NCBI GenBank assembly: GCA_041587415.1
Contig: JBFGYN010000001.1
Span: 1 to 43,755, forward strand
Reading direction: 5' to 3'
Source: Candidatus Competibacterales bacterium
Lineage (GTDB): Bacteria > Pseudomonadota > Gammaproteobacteria > Competibacterales > JAHEDQ01
DNA length: 43,755 bases
Shown here: in pieces, positions 42,845 through 43,755 of the stretch
How positions within the stretch are numbered: position 1 is the first letter of the stretch
Layout of the letters: each line of letters begins with the position of its first letter
The notes under the pieces: generated by a model
Database searches by the model: none
Seen by the model: only the letters and a program-made list of their open reading frames with translations
Told to the model about the DNA's origin: nothing
Made by a program: the position numbers and the translations under genes

Positions 42845-43754
42845 CACCCTTCTGCCGGCGGTACTCGTTCATCGCGGCCTTGAGCCCGTCTTGAGTCTGG
42901 CCCTTGTCGTTTAAACTCATAGCGACCAGCCGGTCCACGGTGTCTTCGGATAGCAACCGGTGCACGCGGATATTGTTGCGCTGGCCTTGTCGCACGAGTC
43001 GAGCGATCACTTGCTCATAATTCTCAAGCGACCAGTCGAGTCCGAAGAACACGAGATCGGTGCACGGCCCCTGCTGCAGATTCAAGCCATGCCCCATGCT
43101 TTGGGGGTGGCCTAGCAACAGGGGCACTTCGCCCAGGTTCCACCGCTGCTCTAAGTCGATAGTCTTAGCAGTGCTCAGGTGTGAGCCTAGTATCTCGGCC
43201 TCGGGGAACCGTTTCTGAATGCGCTCGGCATCGTGTTTAAACAGATACGCCACCAGCACCGGCTTACCGGCAGCCTCTTCGATGACCTCGGCCAGCGCGT
43301 CCAACTTCAGATCGTGAACGTGCACCCACTCCGGCGAGTCGGACTGCAGATACATCGCACCGTTGGTGAACTGGCGGCACTTCATTGACAACGCGGCAGC
43401 GTAGAAGACCTCGATATTCACGGTGTCCAGCTCCAGGAACATTTCGCGCTCTAACTGTTCGTACTTGGTCCGCAGCTCTCCGACGATGGGCACATCCACG
43501 TCATTGATCAAGATCTCCGGCAGCTCCAGGTAATCGGCACTGTCCATCTGCAGGGTGATATCTTCAATCTGATCGTGGATCTGCTGCTCGGCTCCAGGTC
43601 GGCAACGGTGACGGCCGAAGTGTCCGTATCCGTCAAAGTACATGTACCGGTCACGAAACGCGGTGATGCTCTGCCCCAGCCTCTGACCGCTATCAATGGC
43701 CAGGAACTGACCAAAGAGGTTGTCGTACCCGTTGCTCGCGGGAGTGCCGGTCAA
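42756..43754 (-). CDS. SNF2-family helicase, C-terminal part (continuation of 1..677)
   Basis: The track ORF begins TGTPASNGYDNLFGQ, the same sequence encoded at 1-141. The helicase C-domain is visible as LLGHPQSMGHGLNLQ and QVIARLVRQGQ (motif VI). Confidence 0.88.
   Translation of the reverse strand: MTGTPASNGYDNLFGQFLAIDSGQRLGQSITAFRDRYMYFDGYGHFGRHRCRPGAEQQIHDQIEDITLQMDSADYLELPEILINDVDVPIVGELRTKYEQLEREMFLELDTVNIEVFYAAALSMKCRQFTNGAMYLQSDSPEWVHVHDLKLDALAEVIEEAAGKPVLVAYLFKHDAERIQKRFPEAEILGSHLSTAKTIDLEQRWNLGEVPLLLGHPQSMGHGLNLQQGPCTDLVFFGLDWSLENYEQVIARLVRQGQRNNIRVHRLLSEDTVDRLVAMSLNDKGQTQDGLKAAMNEYRRQKGVTRSTAPAHHKVLAPRSRQSAPPPLPGSG
42909..42916. repeat. GTTTAAAC octamer, copy 16
   Basis: In the SNF2 gene, read on the minus strand as AGT TTA AAC (S-L-N). 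Confidence 0.95.
43235..43242. repeat. GTTTAAAC octamer, copy 17
   Basis: In the SNF2 gene, read on the minus strand as CTG TTT AAA CAC (L-F-K-H). Confidence 0.95.
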
Positions 43755-43755
43755 G
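43615..43755. repeat. Terminal direct repeat copy 2, identical to 1..141
   Basis: Exact 141-nt identity with the start of the window. Confidence 0.95.

Noticed and set aside
1695-43242. GTTTAAAC contains the classic -1 frameshift heptamer U_UUA_AAC, and six copies are in exactly that frame.
   Set aside because: The motif is just as frequent in the non-slippery frame, in untranslated DNA and as a stop codon. It occurs on both coding strands, and I saw no conserved downstream structure or meaningful -1 frame extension. Frameshifting cannot explain the set as a whole.
1695-43242. The PmeI-type sites could be cloning or vector artefacts, or engineered insertions.
   Set aside because: The copies are embedded in frame inside intact genes and keep plausible conserved residues, for example the helicase LFKH and the polymerase RLN. 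No vector-like sequence flanks them.

Overview
The window is a complete phage genome. Bases 1-141 recur exactly at 43615-43755, so the contig closes into a 43,614-bp circular or circularly permuted unit, and closing it reconstitutes an SNF2 helicase gene split across the ends. It is GC-rich (about 55-60% by eye). I saw no integrase, tRNA or CRISPR array, so it looks like a lytic, podovirus-like phage.

Layout:
- Leftward arm (about 9.7 kb down through position 1, wrapping to 42756): early and replication genes. These are six short genes, each behind its own sigma70-like promoter cassette, then a DUF2800 nuclease, a DUF2815 SSB-like protein, family A DNA polymerase, VRR-NUC and SNF2 helicase.
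- Rightward arm (9.7-42.8 kb): HTH regulator, prim-pol/helicase, a 306-bp iteron-rich non-coding hub, small genes including a Dam-family methyltransferase and a tandem coiled-coil paralogue array, then terminase, portal, two large virion-type proteins, scaffold, major capsid, a lysis-like trio, tail fibre/spike genes, a SleB-like hydrolase, and tail and internal-virion proteins.

Most unusual signals:
1. The AT-rich palindrome GTTTAAAC occurs 17 times where fewer than one copy is expected. It appears in every reading frame and in leaders, and twice supplies a stop codon.
2. Six repeated early promoter/stem-loop/leader cassettes, plus a ghost gene end that suggests cassette shuffling.
3. Inverted arrays of a TGACCAGG motif flanking an AT-rich core, a candidate origin or regulatory switch.
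4. A half-size beta-clamp-like protein.
5. A coiled-coil paralogue array whose last member has an in-frame TGA followed by a 40-codon open extension.

All functional calls rest on motifs I recognised by eye. No database search was run.
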